NCBI GenBank assembly: GCA_023426575.1
Contig: JAFAAL010000014.1
Coordinates: 21,524-85,523, forward strand
Length of the DNA: 64,000 nucleotides
Direction: 5' to 3'
Origin: Bacillota bacterium
GTDB taxonomy: Bacteria > Bacillota > Clostridia > Saccharofermentanales > DTU023
The translations under genes and the position numbers were made by a program. Each line of letters opens with the position of its first letter. The stretch's first letter is position 1. The notes beneath the pieces are model-generated. The model saw only the letters and a list, made by a program, of their open reading frames with translations. It made no database searches and had not been told where the DNA came from. Below are positions 43,417 to 53,712 of the stretch, one piece after another.

Positions 43417-45963
43417 TCAAGGGATTGTCAGGAGGTATGACTCATTAGGTAGCATGTAGTGAATCTGCCATCCTCTGTGTGACGCCTTGAGACTGATCGC
43501 CCCGAGGTCTTGAGTTTGGAGCACTCTCGCAGTCCGGCCGAGTCTTCCGAGAACTTCCGCTCGAGGATGTCCATAACGGTTCTGGCCGACGGAGATAATT
43601 GCAAGATCTGGGGGATAGGCGGCTAGGAACTCTTCCGTACTGCTGCTCGTCGAACCGTGGTGCGCCACGAGGAGACAAGTGAGAGCGCGATGGCTCTTTG
43701 AAGCTATAGAGAGCTTTTCCTTCTCACGCGCGACAATCTCCGCCTCCACGGGCGCCGTGGCATCACCTGTCAGCCAGAAGATGATTCCCCTATGCTCAAA
43801 GCGCAGGACGACAGAGGCATCATTCTTATTACTCTCCACAAAACGTCGATCGAGAGCTGGCGCCATCACCTCTATGAGAGGGCCGTCTGATTCCGAGTTG
43901 AAGAGTTCAATGGTCTGTCCTGCCGTCAAGCTACCGGCGGGGAAACGCTGCTTAAAATCTGCCCAGAATGCAGCATTATAGGGTGAGTTTGGCTCATCAA
44001 TCTCCGACAAAGGATAGGCAATTTGTCGAATCATCTGACTCTGGCACAATTCTAAAATGCCGCCAATATGGTCATTGTGGCCATGGGTGATCACGGCCAG
44101 GTCTATCTGCCTGACCCCGAGGTAGCGGAGAAAGGGCCAGAGGGTGCGCCCCGCCTGTTCGGGGACTCCGCCATCCACTAAGAGAGTGCGCCCCTTATAT
44201 CGGATAAAGGTACTATTCCCCTGCCCGACATCCAAATAGTGAATCGCAAATCTTCTGGCGTCCACGGCATTATAGATAGCGAAGAAAATACAGAAGAGAG
44301 AAGCAGAGAGAAATATCGCAAGAACAGCTCGCCGCCAGATCTTAGCTCTCAGCAGAGGTCTCCCCCGCCAAGCCTGCAGCGTCAAAATGGCAAAGAACAG
44401 GACTAAGATCAAAGGCAGTTTGTCCCGCCCCAGGACTTGTGTCGGAACTTGAGATGCGAGCTTGGCCCAGTGATAGAAGGCGTCGATGACAATCCGCATC
44501 GAGCCAAAGAGGAGGCCTCCTAAAATCGTTCCCAGTCCTCCCAGTATTTTGAGAGCCAGCAGAGCCTTGAGAAGAAAATAGAGAAGACAGAGCTGAAAGA
44601 GCATAGAGACCAAGACGGAAGCCACAATATTGATCGGAATGCTCAGGAGATGCAGATGTGAAAAAAGCCAAAACTGTGGCACAAAAAGACAGATTTGCAC
44701 GGCGAGCGAAACACTGATCTGAGAGATGACATTTCGCCCGAGCCAGGGCCAGCGCGCCAAGAGTCGCCGACGAATTGGAGGAGCTAGAATCAGGATAGCT
44801 GCCGAGGCCGTCAGCGAAAGTAAAAAGCCGAGATTAAAAGCCAGAAAAGGATCGTAGATAAGGCTGATGACAATCAGCCAAGACATCGTGTTTAAGCCGT
44901 CGCTTCGAGCTCCAAGAAGATTCGCCACTCGCTGGATCAAGAAGAGTAAAAATGCCCGAAAGAGGCTCGCCCTAAGACCGATCATCAAGAGCCAGGGAAG
45001 CAGGATCAATAAGCTCAATAAAAGTTCGTATCGCCTGAGTTGGGGCTTTTGACGGAAAAAGACGGCAAGTGGCAGCAGGAGAAAATAGAGGTGATAGCCT
45101 GAGACAGAAGTCAAGTGACTGAGAGAAGAAAGTAGCAGAACCTCTTTATCTCGTGCCGTCATCCCCGCTTTGTCTCCCAAAAAGAGAGCGGAGAAGAGGG
45201 CCGCTTGTCTCGGCTTGAGTTCTTCTTTGACGCCCTCACTAAGATCGAGAGCAAAGCGGTCCATCGCCTGGCGAATCAGATGTCCAAAACGCATGCCAAG
45301 AGGTCTAAAGCTCTCACTGCGAATGCTCAAGGAAAGTGCAGCACCCAGTCCACGTCCATAGGCGCGCTCTGAAAAAGCGCCGAGATTGCGCGCTCCCTTC
45401 AAGGCGCTCAAGGGTCCTGACGCGCGGAAAGTCATAGTGTTCTGCAAGGAGAGAGGAGCATAGGCAATCAGTCGACAGCCCCTGAGAGACTTGAGACTTC
45501 TATCCTGGACGCTCCGGACCCTGACTAAGAAGACCCCTTTCCCCTCTGCCCTATCTTTACTGAGGCAGCGCATCAGTTGGCACTCTCCTTCGAAGACAGA
45601 ATTTATCGTCTTAAGAGATTCTGACCATTCCTTCTGACGCCAATAGGACAGAGCCTCCCTGCTGAAGTTGAAACTACAATAGATGAGGATTAAGACTGTG
45701 AGATAGAGTATTCGAGGGCGTCTTCTCGCCCGCTGCCCGAGCAGGCTGAGCAAGATGACGAGAACTGCCACAGCCAAGAGCCCAAAGAGCCAAGGATAGC
45801 ACGCCGCCAGAAAGATGAGAGGGAGCAGCAAGAGCAAGAGAATCAGCGCCAGGAGACCGGGGCGTGTCTGCTGGGTCCAGAAGACAGTCTGATCTCTCGC
45901 CGCTTTTCGATAGGCTCTCAAATTTAGACTTAAAGTTTGCACGATGAGTCCCTCCACCGCCAT
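43417..45963 (-). CDS. comEC: DNA internalisation competence protein ComEC/Rec2
   Basis: 848-aa polytopic membrane protein with a competence domain and a C-terminal MBL domain (VITHGHNDHIGG, LVAHHGS). Confidence 0.9.
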   Translation of the reverse strand: MAVEGLIVQTLSLNLRAYRKAARDQTVFWTQQTRPGLLALILLLLLLPLIFLAACYPWLFGLLAVAVLVILLSLLGQRARRRPRILYLTVLILIYCSFNFSREALSYWRQKEWSESLKTINSVFEGECQLMRCLSKDRAEGKGVFLVRVRSVQDRSLKSLRGCRLIAYAPLSLQNTMTFRASGPLSALKGARNLGAFSERAYGRGLGAALSLSIRSESFRPLGMRFGHLIRQAMDRFALDLSEGVKEELKPRQAALFSALFLGDKAGMTARDKEVLLLSSLSHLTSVSGYHLYFLLLPLAVFFRQKPQLRRYELLLSLLILLPWLLMIGLRASLFRAFLLFLIQRVANLLGARSDGLNTMSWLIVISLIYDPFLAFNLGFLLSLTASAAILILAPPIRRRLLARWPWLGRNVISQISVSLAVQICLFVPQFWLFSHLHLLSIPINIVASVLVSMLFQLCLLYFLLKALLALKILGGLGTILGGLLFGSMRIVIDAFYHWAKLASQVPTQVLGRDKLPLILVLFFAILTLQAWRGRPLLRAKIWRRAVLAIFLSASLFCIFFAIYNAVDARRFAIHYLDVGQGNSTFIRYKGRTLLVDGGVPEQAGRTLWPFLRYLGVRQIDLAVITHGHNDHIGGILELCQSQMIRQIAYPLSEIDEPNSPYNAAFWADFKQRFPAGSLTAGQTIELFNSESDGPLIEVMAPALDRRFVESNKNDASVVLRFEHRGIIFWLTGDATAPVEAEIVAREKEKLSIASKSHRALTCLLVAHHGSTSSSTEEFLAAYPPDLAIISVGQNRYGHPRAEVLGRLGRTARVLQTQDLGAISLKASHRGWQIHYMLPNESYLLTIP

Positions 45964-46026
45964 GATGGCGGAAGACTCATCGCTCTTTCTGATCTCTAGG
46001 CGTCAAGTCGTGACAAAAAGGGACAT

Positions 46027-46614
46027 TTAATCGACATCGACTGCGCTGAGGCCGAGCGTAGACGCAAGGGCCTCACGCAATTCTTTAAGACCCCGGCGCT
46101 TGGTGACTGAGGTATAGAGAGCAGAGGGTCCGAACTGTCGTTTGAGCTCTTGGAGCTCGCGCTGCTTCAGCTGGTCTATCTTGTTACAGACAATGCGCGT
46201 TGTGATGCCGCGGGCATTTGCCCAGGCGAGGATGGCTCCCTCTTCTGCCTGGAGGCCGCGACGACTGTCTATGACGAGGAGCATGACATGGATTGTCTCG
46301 TATTGCTCGAGAAAGCGGTCGACGAGCTGATTGAACTCACTTTGCCGCTTCTGTCCACTCTGGGCATAGCCATATCCAGGCAGATCGACGAGGAGCAATT
46401 GATCATCGATACTGTAGAAGAGCAGCGCCTGTGTCTTGCCAGGACTTGAGCTGACCCGCGCCAAATTTTTCTGGCCACAGATCAGATTGATCAGTGAACT
46501 CTTGCCGACATTAGAGCGCCCAGCAAAGATGATGGCGGGCAGTGTTGGCTCGGGAATCTGACTGACTCGATGAGCTGCGCTCACCAGTCTGGCCTTGCGA
46601 AAATTGATAGCCAT
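46027..46614 (-). CDS. engB: ribosome-biogenesis GTPase EngB/YsxC
   Basis: G1 GRSNVGKSSLIN, G3 DLPGYG, G4 NKID. ATG at 46614 lies 7 nt after GGAGG. Confidence 0.9.
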   Translation of the reverse strand: MAINFRKARLVSAAHRVSQIPEPTLPAIIFAGRSNVGKSSLINLICGQKNLARVSSSPGKTQALLFYSIDDQLLLVDLPGYGYAQSGQKRQSEFNQLVDRFLEQYETIHVMLLVIDSRRGLQAEEGAILAWANARGITTRIVCNKIDQLKQRELQELKRQFGPSALYTSVTKRRGLKELREALASTLGLSAVDVD

Positions 46615-46644
46615 CTCCTCACCTCCTCCCATATCTTAGACGCC

Positions 46645-46673
46645 TTGTCGACGATTGACAATTTACCTATACT
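46645..46673 (+). promoter_or_regulatory. candidate promoter for the prs-like pair
   Basis: TTGTCG (46645..46650), 17 nt, TATACT (46668..46673), ~28 nt before the ATG at 46702. Confidence 0.35.
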
Positions 46674-46701
46674 GAGGGCACTAGCTCAAGGGAGGTCACT
46701 C

Positions 46702-47919
46702 ATGTCTCAACTAGGCTCCGATTCGACTGCGATAATCTCACGCAGCGATCCCTGTGCCGAACTCTTTAAGCCCGTGGGGCCCGTTGCCGTCATCTCGCAC
46801 CAGATGCCCCTCGACATCTCCGATCAAATCAATTTCGAACTGAGAAAGCGCCGTCAACAGGCTGTGGAGGAACACGAACTGCTCCTCCAAGAGCGCGGCT
46901 TCTTGCGAAATGATTATCGCACAGAAGTTGATCTGACGCGTTTTAGCTCGGGGGAAGGTCAGGCCACGCTCATCGATTCTGTCCGTGGTCACGATGTCTT
47001 CATCCTAACGGATGTCCTGAACTATGGATCCTACATGAATCGCATGCGTCGCTTCGTCTCCCTCTCCCCTGACGACCACTTTCAGGATCTCTTACGTCTG
47101 ATCACCGCCACCCACGGCATCACAAAGCGCATCAACGTCATCATGCCCTATCTCTATGCGGGACGTCGCTATCGGCGGGTCAACCGCGGCTCGATGGACT
47201 GCGCCCTTATGTTGAAGCAGTTGTTCAACAGCGGCATCACCAATTTCATCACCTTTGACGCACACGATGCCCGCGTGGCCAATGCCGTCCCGAGGAACAA
47301 TTTTGAGACCTTCCCCACGGCCTATCAGATGATCAAAACACTGCTCGACAGCTACCCAGACATCCAATTGGACGGCGAGAGCTTCATGTGTATTTCTCCA
47401 GATGAGAACAGCATCAGCCGTGGCGTCTACTTTGCCTCCATGCTCAAGGTCCCCCTCGGCATCTTCTACCGCCAGCGCTCCAATGTGCACAGCTTGGCGA
47501 CGGCCGCCGAAAAGGTCCAAAAGGAATTTCTCGGCGAGAGCGTCCAGGGCAAGGATGTGCTGATTATCGACGACATGCTCGACAGCGGCCGCACCGTCAT
47601 GGACTGCGCCTTGCAGCTGAAGAGCCGTGGCGCTCGGCGCATTTTCATCGCTGTGAGCTATGCCCATTTCTCTAGGGGTTTTGAGCTCTTTGACGGGGCT
47701 AAGAACGAGGGCGTCATCGAGCGCATCTTCGTCTCAAATCTCAGCTATCTCCCCATCGAATTGGCTGAGCGCAGTTGGCTAAAGCGCGTTGACCTCGCCG
47801 ACTATGTCGCCAAGATCATCGATCTTTTAAACTTCAATCAATCTCTCCAAAAGGCGCTCGACCCCTCCCGATTCATTTCCGCCCGCCTCGCCGAACACGA
47901 GGCTTCCCAGCATAATTAG
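46702..47919 (+). CDS. ribose-phosphate pyrophosphokinase-family protein, long form, divergent copy A
   Basis: Prs-like blocks (RFSSGEGQA, INVIMPYLYAGR, FDAHD, ISPDE, LIIDDMLDSGRT) with insertions and a C-terminal extension. ATG at 46702 lies 6 nt after GGAGG; the ORF-track start at 46570 overlaps engB. Confidence 0.8.
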   Translation: MSQLGSDSTAIISRSDPCAELFKPVGPVAVISHQMPLDISDQINFELRKRRQQAVEEHELLLQERGFLRNDYRTEVDLTRFSSGEGQATLIDSVRGHDVFILTDVLNYGSYMNRMRRFVSLSPDDHFQDLLRLITATHGITKRINVIMPYLYAGRRYRRVNRGSMDCALMLKQLFNSGITNFITFDAHDARVANAVPRNNFETFPTAYQMIKTLLDSYPDIQLDGESFMCISPDENSISRGVYFASMLKVPLGIFYRQRSNVHSLATAAEKVQKEFLGESVQGKDVLIIDDMLDSGRTVMDCALQLKSRGARRIFIAVSYAHFSRGFELFDGAKNEGVIERIFVSNLSYLPIELAERSWLKRVDLADYVAKIIDLLNFNQSLQKALDPSRFISARLAEHEASQHN

Positions 47920-47928
47920 AGGTGCTCC

Positions 47929-49152
47929 ATGACTGAACAAATGCAAATGATCCTCGACAAGTTCCACGACAAGAACTACTTCCTCTACGACCAGTACGGC
48001 GAAAACAAGATGCCTGCCGTCGGCCCCATTGGCCTGATCTGTCTCGACGGTGCGCGCGACTTCGGCGAGATGATCAATAAGCGTCTCATCGACCGCCGCA
48101 ATGAGTATGTGACAAATTTTGAGAGTCAAGAGAGCTTGACTCCCGGCTTCGTACGAGCTGACTATCGCGTGCCCGTCGACTGTGTGCGCTTTTCCACGGG
48201 CGAGGGCAAGGCCGTCTTAAAAAACACGGTGCGCGGCCATGACCTCTATATCATCTGCGATCCCCTCAACTACTCTGTCGAGTACAAGATGTTCGGCCAG
48301 CCCAATCGCATGTCACCAGACGATCACTACCAGGACCTGGTGCGCACCATCCTGGCCGCCTCTGGCAAGGCAGCCCGCATCAACGTCATCATGCCCTTTC
48401 TCTACGAGGGCCGCCAACACCGCAAGGCGTCGCGCGAATCTCTCGACTGTGCCTACATGCTAGAAGAACTCTTTCAACTCGGAATCACAAACTTCATCAC
48501 CTTTGATGCCCACGATGACCGAGTCTCTAACTCAGTGCCCATTTCTGGCTTCGAATCCATTCCCACGACATATCAAATCTTGAAGTCGATGCTGAGGCAA
48601 ATTCCAGACCTCTCCTTTGAACGAGATAAGATGATGGTCATCTCCCCCGATGAAGGGGCCATCCAGCGCTCCATGTACTTTGCCTCACTCCTCGGCCTAC
48701 CACTCGGCACCTTCTACAAGCGCCGAGACTATACGACCATTCGTGACGGTCGTAATCCGATCATCGCCCACGAGTTCCTCGGGGATTCCGTGTCGGGCTA
48801 CGATGTCTTGATCGTCGACGATATGATTTCTTCTGGCGACTCCATGCTCGATCTTGCCAAGATCCTAAAGGACAAGGGAGCCAAGCGGATCTTCTGTGCG
48901 ACGAGCTTTGCCCTCTTTACGGATGGCATCGAGCGCTTTAGCCATGCCCATGAGGCCGGTCTCATCGATTATGTCATCTCGACCAATCTCAATTATCATC
49001 CACCTCAACTGGCCGCACAGGAATGGTACATCAATGCCGACATGAGCAAGTTCATCGCACTGCTCATCGACGCACTCAATCACAATGCCTCGATGTCCTC
49101 TCTCCTCGACCCGACCGACAAAATCAAAAAGCTCCTGAAACGACAGGCCTAG
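47929..49152 (+). CDS. ribose-phosphate pyrophosphokinase-family protein, long form, copy B
   Basis: RFSTGEGKA, INVIMPFLYEGRQHRK, FDAHD, ISPDEGA, LIVDDMISSGDS. Same insertions as copy A. Confidence 0.85.
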   Translation: MTEQMQMILDKFHDKNYFLYDQYGENKMPAVGPIGLICLDGARDFGEMINKRLIDRRNEYVTNFESQESLTPGFVRADYRVPVDCVRFSTGEGKAVLKNTVRGHDLYIICDPLNYSVEYKMFGQPNRMSPDDHYQDLVRTILAASGKAARINVIMPFLYEGRQHRKASRESLDCAYMLEELFQLGITNFITFDAHDDRVSNSVPISGFESIPTTYQILKSMLRQIPDLSFERDKMMVISPDEGAIQRSMYFASLLGLPLGTFYKRRDYTTIRDGRNPIIAHEFLGDSVSGYDVLIVDDMISSGDSMLDLAKILKDKGAKRIFCATSFALFTDGIERFSHAHEAGLIDYVISTNLNYHPPQLAAQEWYINADMSKFIALLIDALNHNASMSSLLDPTDKIKKLLKRQA

Positions 49153-49162
49153 ATCCTTACAG

Positions 49163-49196
49163 AAAAGAAGCCAGCCCCTGGGCTGGCTTCTTTTAT
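49163..49196. terminator. bidirectional intrinsic terminator between prs copy B and rqcH
   Basis: Perfect 11-bp stem agaagccagcc/ggctggcttct (49166..49176 / 49181..49191) with an A-run before and a T-run after. The flanking genes are convergent. Confidence 0.7.
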
Positions 49197-51085
49197 TCTC
49201 TAGACAGATCGTCCAAGATCTCTAGGCCCTCCACGGTCTCGGGGCCTCGCGTCCTGAGGCGATAACTGCCCTCACTCTGGTACAACAATTGACCTGGCGG
49301 CATGCCCTTGGCCTTGCGGAGCTGACGGACTGTACAGCGGTCAACCTCGCCGCTGACCTCTACGTGCCCACGCCTGAGCGAGGAATACCAGAGCGCCAGA
49401 GCTGCCGCCGCGAGGCTGAGCTCGGGCGTAAGCTCAGAGGCCTCACAATAGACAATGACATGAGCCCCGGGAGCTCCCTTGAGGTGAAACCACTGAGCCC
49501 CCTTGGGAGCCTTCTGCAGACTGAGATGCTCGTTTTGGAGATTATTACGCCCCACCTCAATCCGGTAGCCCATGTATTGAAAGCGTCGCGGGGGCAGGGG
49601 CTTCTCCTTCCGCTTCTTGGGCTGTGCCTTGACCTTCACTTTTTTACTGCTGCGCTTGCGCCCCACGAGATCAGGCTGTTTTTGGCCAGGTACATTCGAC
49701 ACACTCTCCTCATCAGCCTCTTCACCGCGACGTGTCTGTCGTACGTAGGCGAGATCCTGCTGCCAGGCGAGCATATCCACCTCGGACTCAATATTTTCCA
49801 AGCTGGCCTCGAGCTCTGCTAGAAAATTCAACTGCGCCCTGTCAATCTCGAGCAGCTCGGCCGCGCGCCGTAGTTTCTCTTCCTTGCGACGCGCCATTTT
49901 GGCATAGCTATCGGGCGCTTTCTCGGGACTCTGCTTAGGATTGAGGGGAATGATGATCTCTGGCATCTCCTCCTGCCAATAGTCGATGACAGCAATGCTC
50001 TCGCTCCCGCTCGGCTGCTTCTTCAAGAGCGGGTAATTTGCTTGCAGTAGTTCGACATAGCGCCTGACCGTCTCGTAGTCTTGTCCTGAGGCCATATCGG
50101 CCTCATGCAATTCTAATTTGCGCAGCCACTTCTTCTGCTCACGTCTCAGGGCTTTTTGCAGACTTTGACGCTTCTCAGTCAAGATGCCGCGCAGATACTG
50201 AGCACTGTAAAACTGAGTGCTCGCCTCGCTGACAGTCTCGAAGTGCTGGCGATAGGGCAGTTGTTTTAAGTCTTGCACATGACAGCAAAAGCCCTGCGTC
50301 TTCGCCTCGTCGAGATAGTAGATATACGCGCCCTTTGGCGTCTTGAGATAGAGTTCAGCCAGAAGATAGACTGCGGCAGTCAATTGCTCACGCCCCTTGG
50401 CATCGAGAGATACGGGGCGAGAGTCGGGATCGAGGCCCAGGCGAAAGAGCGCTTCTGTCGCGAGTAGCGGTGAGCTACCAGCGAGAGATGCGAGCAAAAA
50501 ATGCTCGAGATTCTTGGCCTGAGAGAATGCCTCGAGCTCGGCAGCCTCGAGATTCTTCGTTTCGAGGATCTCCTGAGCAGAGAGGCCCTGTCGTTCTGGG
50601 GGCGCGACATAGCGTCTGAGGGGCATGACCTCGCGGTGGCGCGATTGGCTGGAATCGACATGCTTCAGCGCCTCGAGAATCAGTCCATCTCGACAGAGGA
50701 TGAGATTGGCATGTCTCCCCATCAATTCGGCGATGAGTTCGAGGGTCTGAAGATCGCCCAGCTCATCATAGTTGCGAAAGCTCAGATGGACGATGCGCTC
50801 GTCAGGCAGCTGTCGAATCCCGATGAGTTCGCTCCCCTGGAGCTGTTTACGTAGGAACTGAAGGAAGCCTGGAGGACGCTCTGGACTTTCGATCGGAGCA
50901 TCCGTGAGATAGAGCGTCGAGGCCTCTCCACTTAGAGAGAGGACGAGGCGCTGACGCCCTGATCTCGTCTTCAACTGCAAGAGGATATTTCGATCTTGGA
51001 ACTGTTGAATTTTAAGGACACGACTGGGGACGAGAAGACTCAGATCTCGACACAGTTCTCTCAATGTACAGGCATCGATGGACAT
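49193..51085 (-). CDS. rqcH: ribosome quality-control factor RqcH (NFACT/FbpA family)
   Basis: 630 aa with an NFACT-N domain, a long coiled coil and a C-terminal NFACT-R/DUF814-like region (GAQWFHLKGAPGAHVIV). Confidence 0.88.
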   Translation of the reverse strand: MSIDACTLRELCRDLSLLVPSRVLKIQQFQDRNILLQLKTRSGRQRLVLSLSGEASTLYLTDAPIESPERPPGFLQFLRKQLQGSELIGIRQLPDERIVHLSFRNYDELGDLQTLELIAELMGRHANLILCRDGLILEALKHVDSSQSRHREVMPLRRYVAPPERQGLSAQEILETKNLEAAELEAFSQAKNLEHFLLASLAGSSPLLATEALFRLGLDPDSRPVSLDAKGREQLTAAVYLLAELYLKTPKGAYIYYLDEAKTQGFCCHVQDLKQLPYRQHFETVSEASTQFYSAQYLRGILTEKRQSLQKALRREQKKWLRKLELHEADMASGQDYETVRRYVELLQANYPLLKKQPSGSESIAVIDYWQEEMPEIIIPLNPKQSPEKAPDSYAKMARRKEEKLRRAAELLEIDRAQLNFLAELEASLENIESEVDMLAWQQDLAYVRQTRRGEEADEESVSNVPGQKQPDLVGRKRSSKKVKVKAQPKKRKEKPLPPRRFQYMGYRIEVGRNNLQNEHLSLQKAPKGAQWFHLKGAPGAHVIVYCEASELTPELSLAAAALALWYSSLRRGHVEVSGEVDRCTVRQLRKAKGMPPGQLLYQSEGSYRLRTRGPETVEGLEILDDLSRE

Positions 51086-51133
51086 CCTGACTCCTGACTA
51101 GCTGCTCGCTTGAATCTCTGCTAAGATAGACGG

Positions 51134-51361
51134 GTGGCTAGAAAACGCAAGAAAAAAACAGCAGCGAGCCTTCTTCTTGGCTTTCTTTTTGACAATGTCG
51201 CAGGTAACATTGTCTTCTTCTTTTTGCTCTTCTCAATCCTGATTGGCATCAACTTGCTCTTCAGCCGCAACCAATATCTGAGCTTTATCTTACTCTGCGG
51301 AATTGAGCTGCTCCTGCTCATCCCCATCTTGGGGCTCGTCGCCTATTGGCGCAAGCGCTGA
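51134..51361 (+). CDS. candidate small two-TM membrane protein
   Basis: 75-aa ORF with a GTG start, a KR-rich N-terminus and RKR C-terminus flanking two hydrophobic helices (positive-inside pattern). It lies in an otherwise 257-nt gap. Weak SD. Confidence 0.35.
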   Translation: MARKRKKKTAASLLLGFLFDNVAGNIVFFFLLFSILIGINLLFSRNQYLSFILLCGIELLLLIPILGLVAYWRKR

Positions 51362-51978
51362 TCGAGGGGCCTCAGCTCTTCTAAAATCTGATCTTTCCAC
51401 TTCGACTCCTCTAAGGAGAAAAAACAGGCGCAGAAGCGCTGGCGGTAGAGGCCGTGCTCGCGGGCCAAATTTTGGCCGAGGCGATAGAGCGGACGCCAGT
51501 CCACGGGTAAAAAAGTGATGCCCTCGCGAGCCGCACAAGCCGTCCCCGTCTTGATGATCAGCTCGCGATTTTGATAGGGACTGACGAGAAGACTCGTGGT
51601 AAAACAGGCATAGCCCTGTTCACGCGCACGACATGCCGCTTCCTGAAGTCTCACTTGGTAGCAGTAGGCACATTGCTTGGGGAGGCCTGCGATCCCGAGC
51701 CCTAGGGCCTCTCGATCGCCCTCAGCCACTTGGAGTTCTATATTTCTCAGAGAGGCCAGCTTGGCAATGGCCTCGCGCCGTCGCTCCCACTCTGCCAGCG
51801 GGTAAATATTGGGATTGTAATAGTAGAGGGTCGGCTGCAAGCCTGCCTCTAGGAGATCGAGAATGGGCGCTTCAGCACAGGGGCCACAACAGGCGTGGAG
51901 GAAAAGCTTCTGCCCGCTCTCTCGGAGCGCATCAGCGAGAGTTGGAATCTGGGATAGGCAGTCGAAACTAAGACTCAT
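51343..51978 (-). CDS. queH: epoxyqueuosine reductase QueH (DUF208)
   Basis: [14 protein letters not shown] and [11 protein letters not shown] motifs characteristic of QueH. 11-nt overlap with ruvB. Confidence 0.85.
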   Translation of the reverse strand: MSLSFDCLSQIPTLADALRESGQKLFLHACCGPCAEAPILDLLEAGLQPTLYYYNPNIYPLAEWERRREAIAKLASLRNIELQVAEGDREALGLGIAGLPKQCAYCYQVRLQEAACRAREQGYACFTTSLLVSPYQNRELIIKTGTACAAREGITFLPVDWRPLYRLGQNLAREHGLYRQRFCACFFSLEESKWKDQILEELRPLDQRLRQ

Positions 51979-53077
51979 CGAGACTCTCCTCTATGGACAT
52001 TTGCTTCAGGCTCTCAAAAGCTGGCGTATCATGAGGCGGGGTCAGGCCGAGATGGCGATAAGCTGCCGGCGTTAAAACTCTGCCACGTGCCGTCTTGGCC
52101 ATGAAGCCAATTTGCAGAAGATAGGGTTCGTAGAAATCTTCAATGGTCCGACTGTCTTCCGCAAGTGTCGCCGCAATCGTCTCGAGCCCTACGGGCCCCC
52201 CGCCGAAGAGCTCGGCAATATTTCGCAAGAGATTGAGGTCCGTCCCGTCGAGACCGATCGGGTCAATCTCGAGAGCTCGCAGTCCACGCTCGGCCAGCTC
52301 TGCCGTAATGCGACCATCTCCCTCCACTTGAGCAAAGTCGCGCACGCGCTTTAGGAGGCGGATGGCAATGCGCGGTGTTCCCCGACAGCGCCCCGCCATG
52401 AGATCGAGGGCCTCCTCGTCAATGGCGCAGGCGAGCATCTCAGCATTGCGCTTTAAGATTTGGCGAATTTCCGCTGCTTCATAGAGTTCGAGGCGATGAA
52501 CCATGCCAAAGCGATCTCTGAGCGGCGAGGTCAAGAGCCCCGCCCGCGTGGTCGCAGCAATCAGCGTAAAGCGCGGCAGATCGAGCCTGAGCGAGCGTGC
52601 AGAGGGACCCTTGCCTATCATGATGTCGAGGACATAGTCCTCCATTGCAGGATAGAGCACCTCTTCGACTGCACGGTTGAGGCGATGGATCTCGTCGATG
52701 AAGAGGACGTCCCCATCGCCAAGATTGGTCAAGATCGCAGCCAGATCCCCCTGTCGTTCGATGGCAGGTCCAGAGGTGATCTTCATCTGAGCTCCGAGAT
52801 CGCGCGCGATAATCCCTGCCAGAGTGGTCTTGCCGAGACCTGGCGGCCCATAGAGGAGGACATGGTCGAGCGCCTCTCCCCTCTGCTTGGCCGCGGCGAT
52901 GAAGACTTGGAGGTTATCCTTGACCTTGGACTGGCCAAAGTACTCTGCCCAGATCTTCGGCCTGAGGCTCGCCTCGTCGCCATCGCCAGAGCGCAGTTCT
53001 CGACTGATCAGTCGCTCGTCTTCGACGTCGTTGATGAGATCCTCCGGATCGAATTTACTATAGATACTTCCAGACAC
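51968..53077 (-). CDS. ruvB: Holliday junction helicase RuvB
   Basis: [20 protein letters not shown], sensor and winged-helix regions. GTG start 6 nt after GAGG. Confidence 0.96.
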   Translation of the reverse strand: MSGSIYSKFDPEDLINDVEDERLISRELRSGDGDEASLRPKIWAEYFGQSKVKDNLQVFIAAAKQRGEALDHVLLYGPPGLGKTTLAGIIARDLGAQMKITSGPAIERQGDLAAILTNLGDGDVLFIDEIHRLNRAVEEVLYPAMEDYVLDIMIGKGPSARSLRLDLPRFTLIAATTRAGLLTSPLRDRFGMVHRLELYEAAEIRQILKRNAEMLACAIDEEALDLMAGRCRGTPRIAIRLLKRVRDFAQVEGDGRITAELAERGLRALEIDPIGLDGTDLNLLRNIAELFGGGPVGLETIAATLAEDSRTIEDFYEPYLLQIGFMAKTARGRVLTPAAYRHLGLTPPHDTPAFESLKQMSIEESLDES

Positions 53078-53088
53078 AAGATACCTCT

Positions 53089-53703
53089 CTAAACCTTGGC
53101 GAGACCTCTTAGGGCCAGGCGAATGAGATCTGTCAATTCGATCTCTGGCTGCATTTTCAACACAGAGTCTACGGCCGTTTCGGCCTCGACTCTATTATAG
53201 CCGAGGAGGCGTAGTGCAGAGCTGGCCTCTTCGCGAATCCCGCTCGCTGCTTCAAAGTCGAGCGCCATATCCAAATCGCCCTCTGCCGCAAAGTCTGCTT
53301 CTTTGGCCAGCTTGTCCTTGAGCTCTAGGACAATTCTCTGCGCCGTCTTCTTGCCTATGCCCTTAATCTTGGTCAGCTGATTGAGATCATTGTTGATGAT
53401 GGCGAGGATGAGCTTTGCCGGCTCGATGTCGGCAATGATCGTGGAGGCCAGCTTGGCCCCGATGCCTGAGACCTTGATCAGCTGGAGGAAGAGCTGCTTG
53501 CTCTCCTCTGTGGGGAAGGCGTAGAGTTCCATTGCATCCTCGCGGACGTTCAGGTATGTATAGACTTTGATCTGGGAGCCAATCTCTGGCCAGGCACTGA
53601 GCAGAGCTGGCTCGCAGATGAGCTCGTAGCCGACGGGACCCACTTCCAAAATGAGCGCAGAAGCTTCCTTGGCCACTAATTTTCCCTTGAGATATGCGTA
53701 CAT
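53089..53703 (-). CDS. ruvA: Holliday junction DNA-binding protein RuvA
   Basis: [10 protein letters not shown]..., HhH pairs ([21 protein letters not shown]) and C-terminal domain III. Confidence 0.93.
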   Translation of the reverse strand: MYAYLKGKLVAKEASALILEVGPVGYELICEPALLSAWPEIGSQIKVYTYLNVREDAMELYAFPTEESKQLFLQLIKVSGIGAKLASTIIADIEPAKLILAIINNDLNQLTKIKGIGKKTAQRIVLELKDKLAKEADFAAEGDLDMALDFEAASGIREEASSALRLLGYNRVEAETAVDSVLKMQPEIELTDLIRLALRGLAKV

Positions 53704-53712
53704 TCTTTCCTC

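Noticed and set aside
46655-46673. Perfect TTGACA hexamer upstream of the prs-like genes
   Set aside because: It lies only 7 nt from the TATACT -10, an impossible spacing. The weaker TTGTCG at a 17-nt spacing is the usable -35.
46570-46701. Upstream extension of the first prs-like ORF
   Set aside because: It overlaps the engB start region on the other strand and has no SD. The ATG at 46702 has GGAGG at ideal spacing, and conservation with copy B begins after it.
51121-51327. 68-aa minus-strand ORF in the queH/rqcH gap
   Set aside because: It is highly basic and low-complexity, the mirror of the + strand two-TM ORF, which is the more protein-like reading. Neither is strongly supported.
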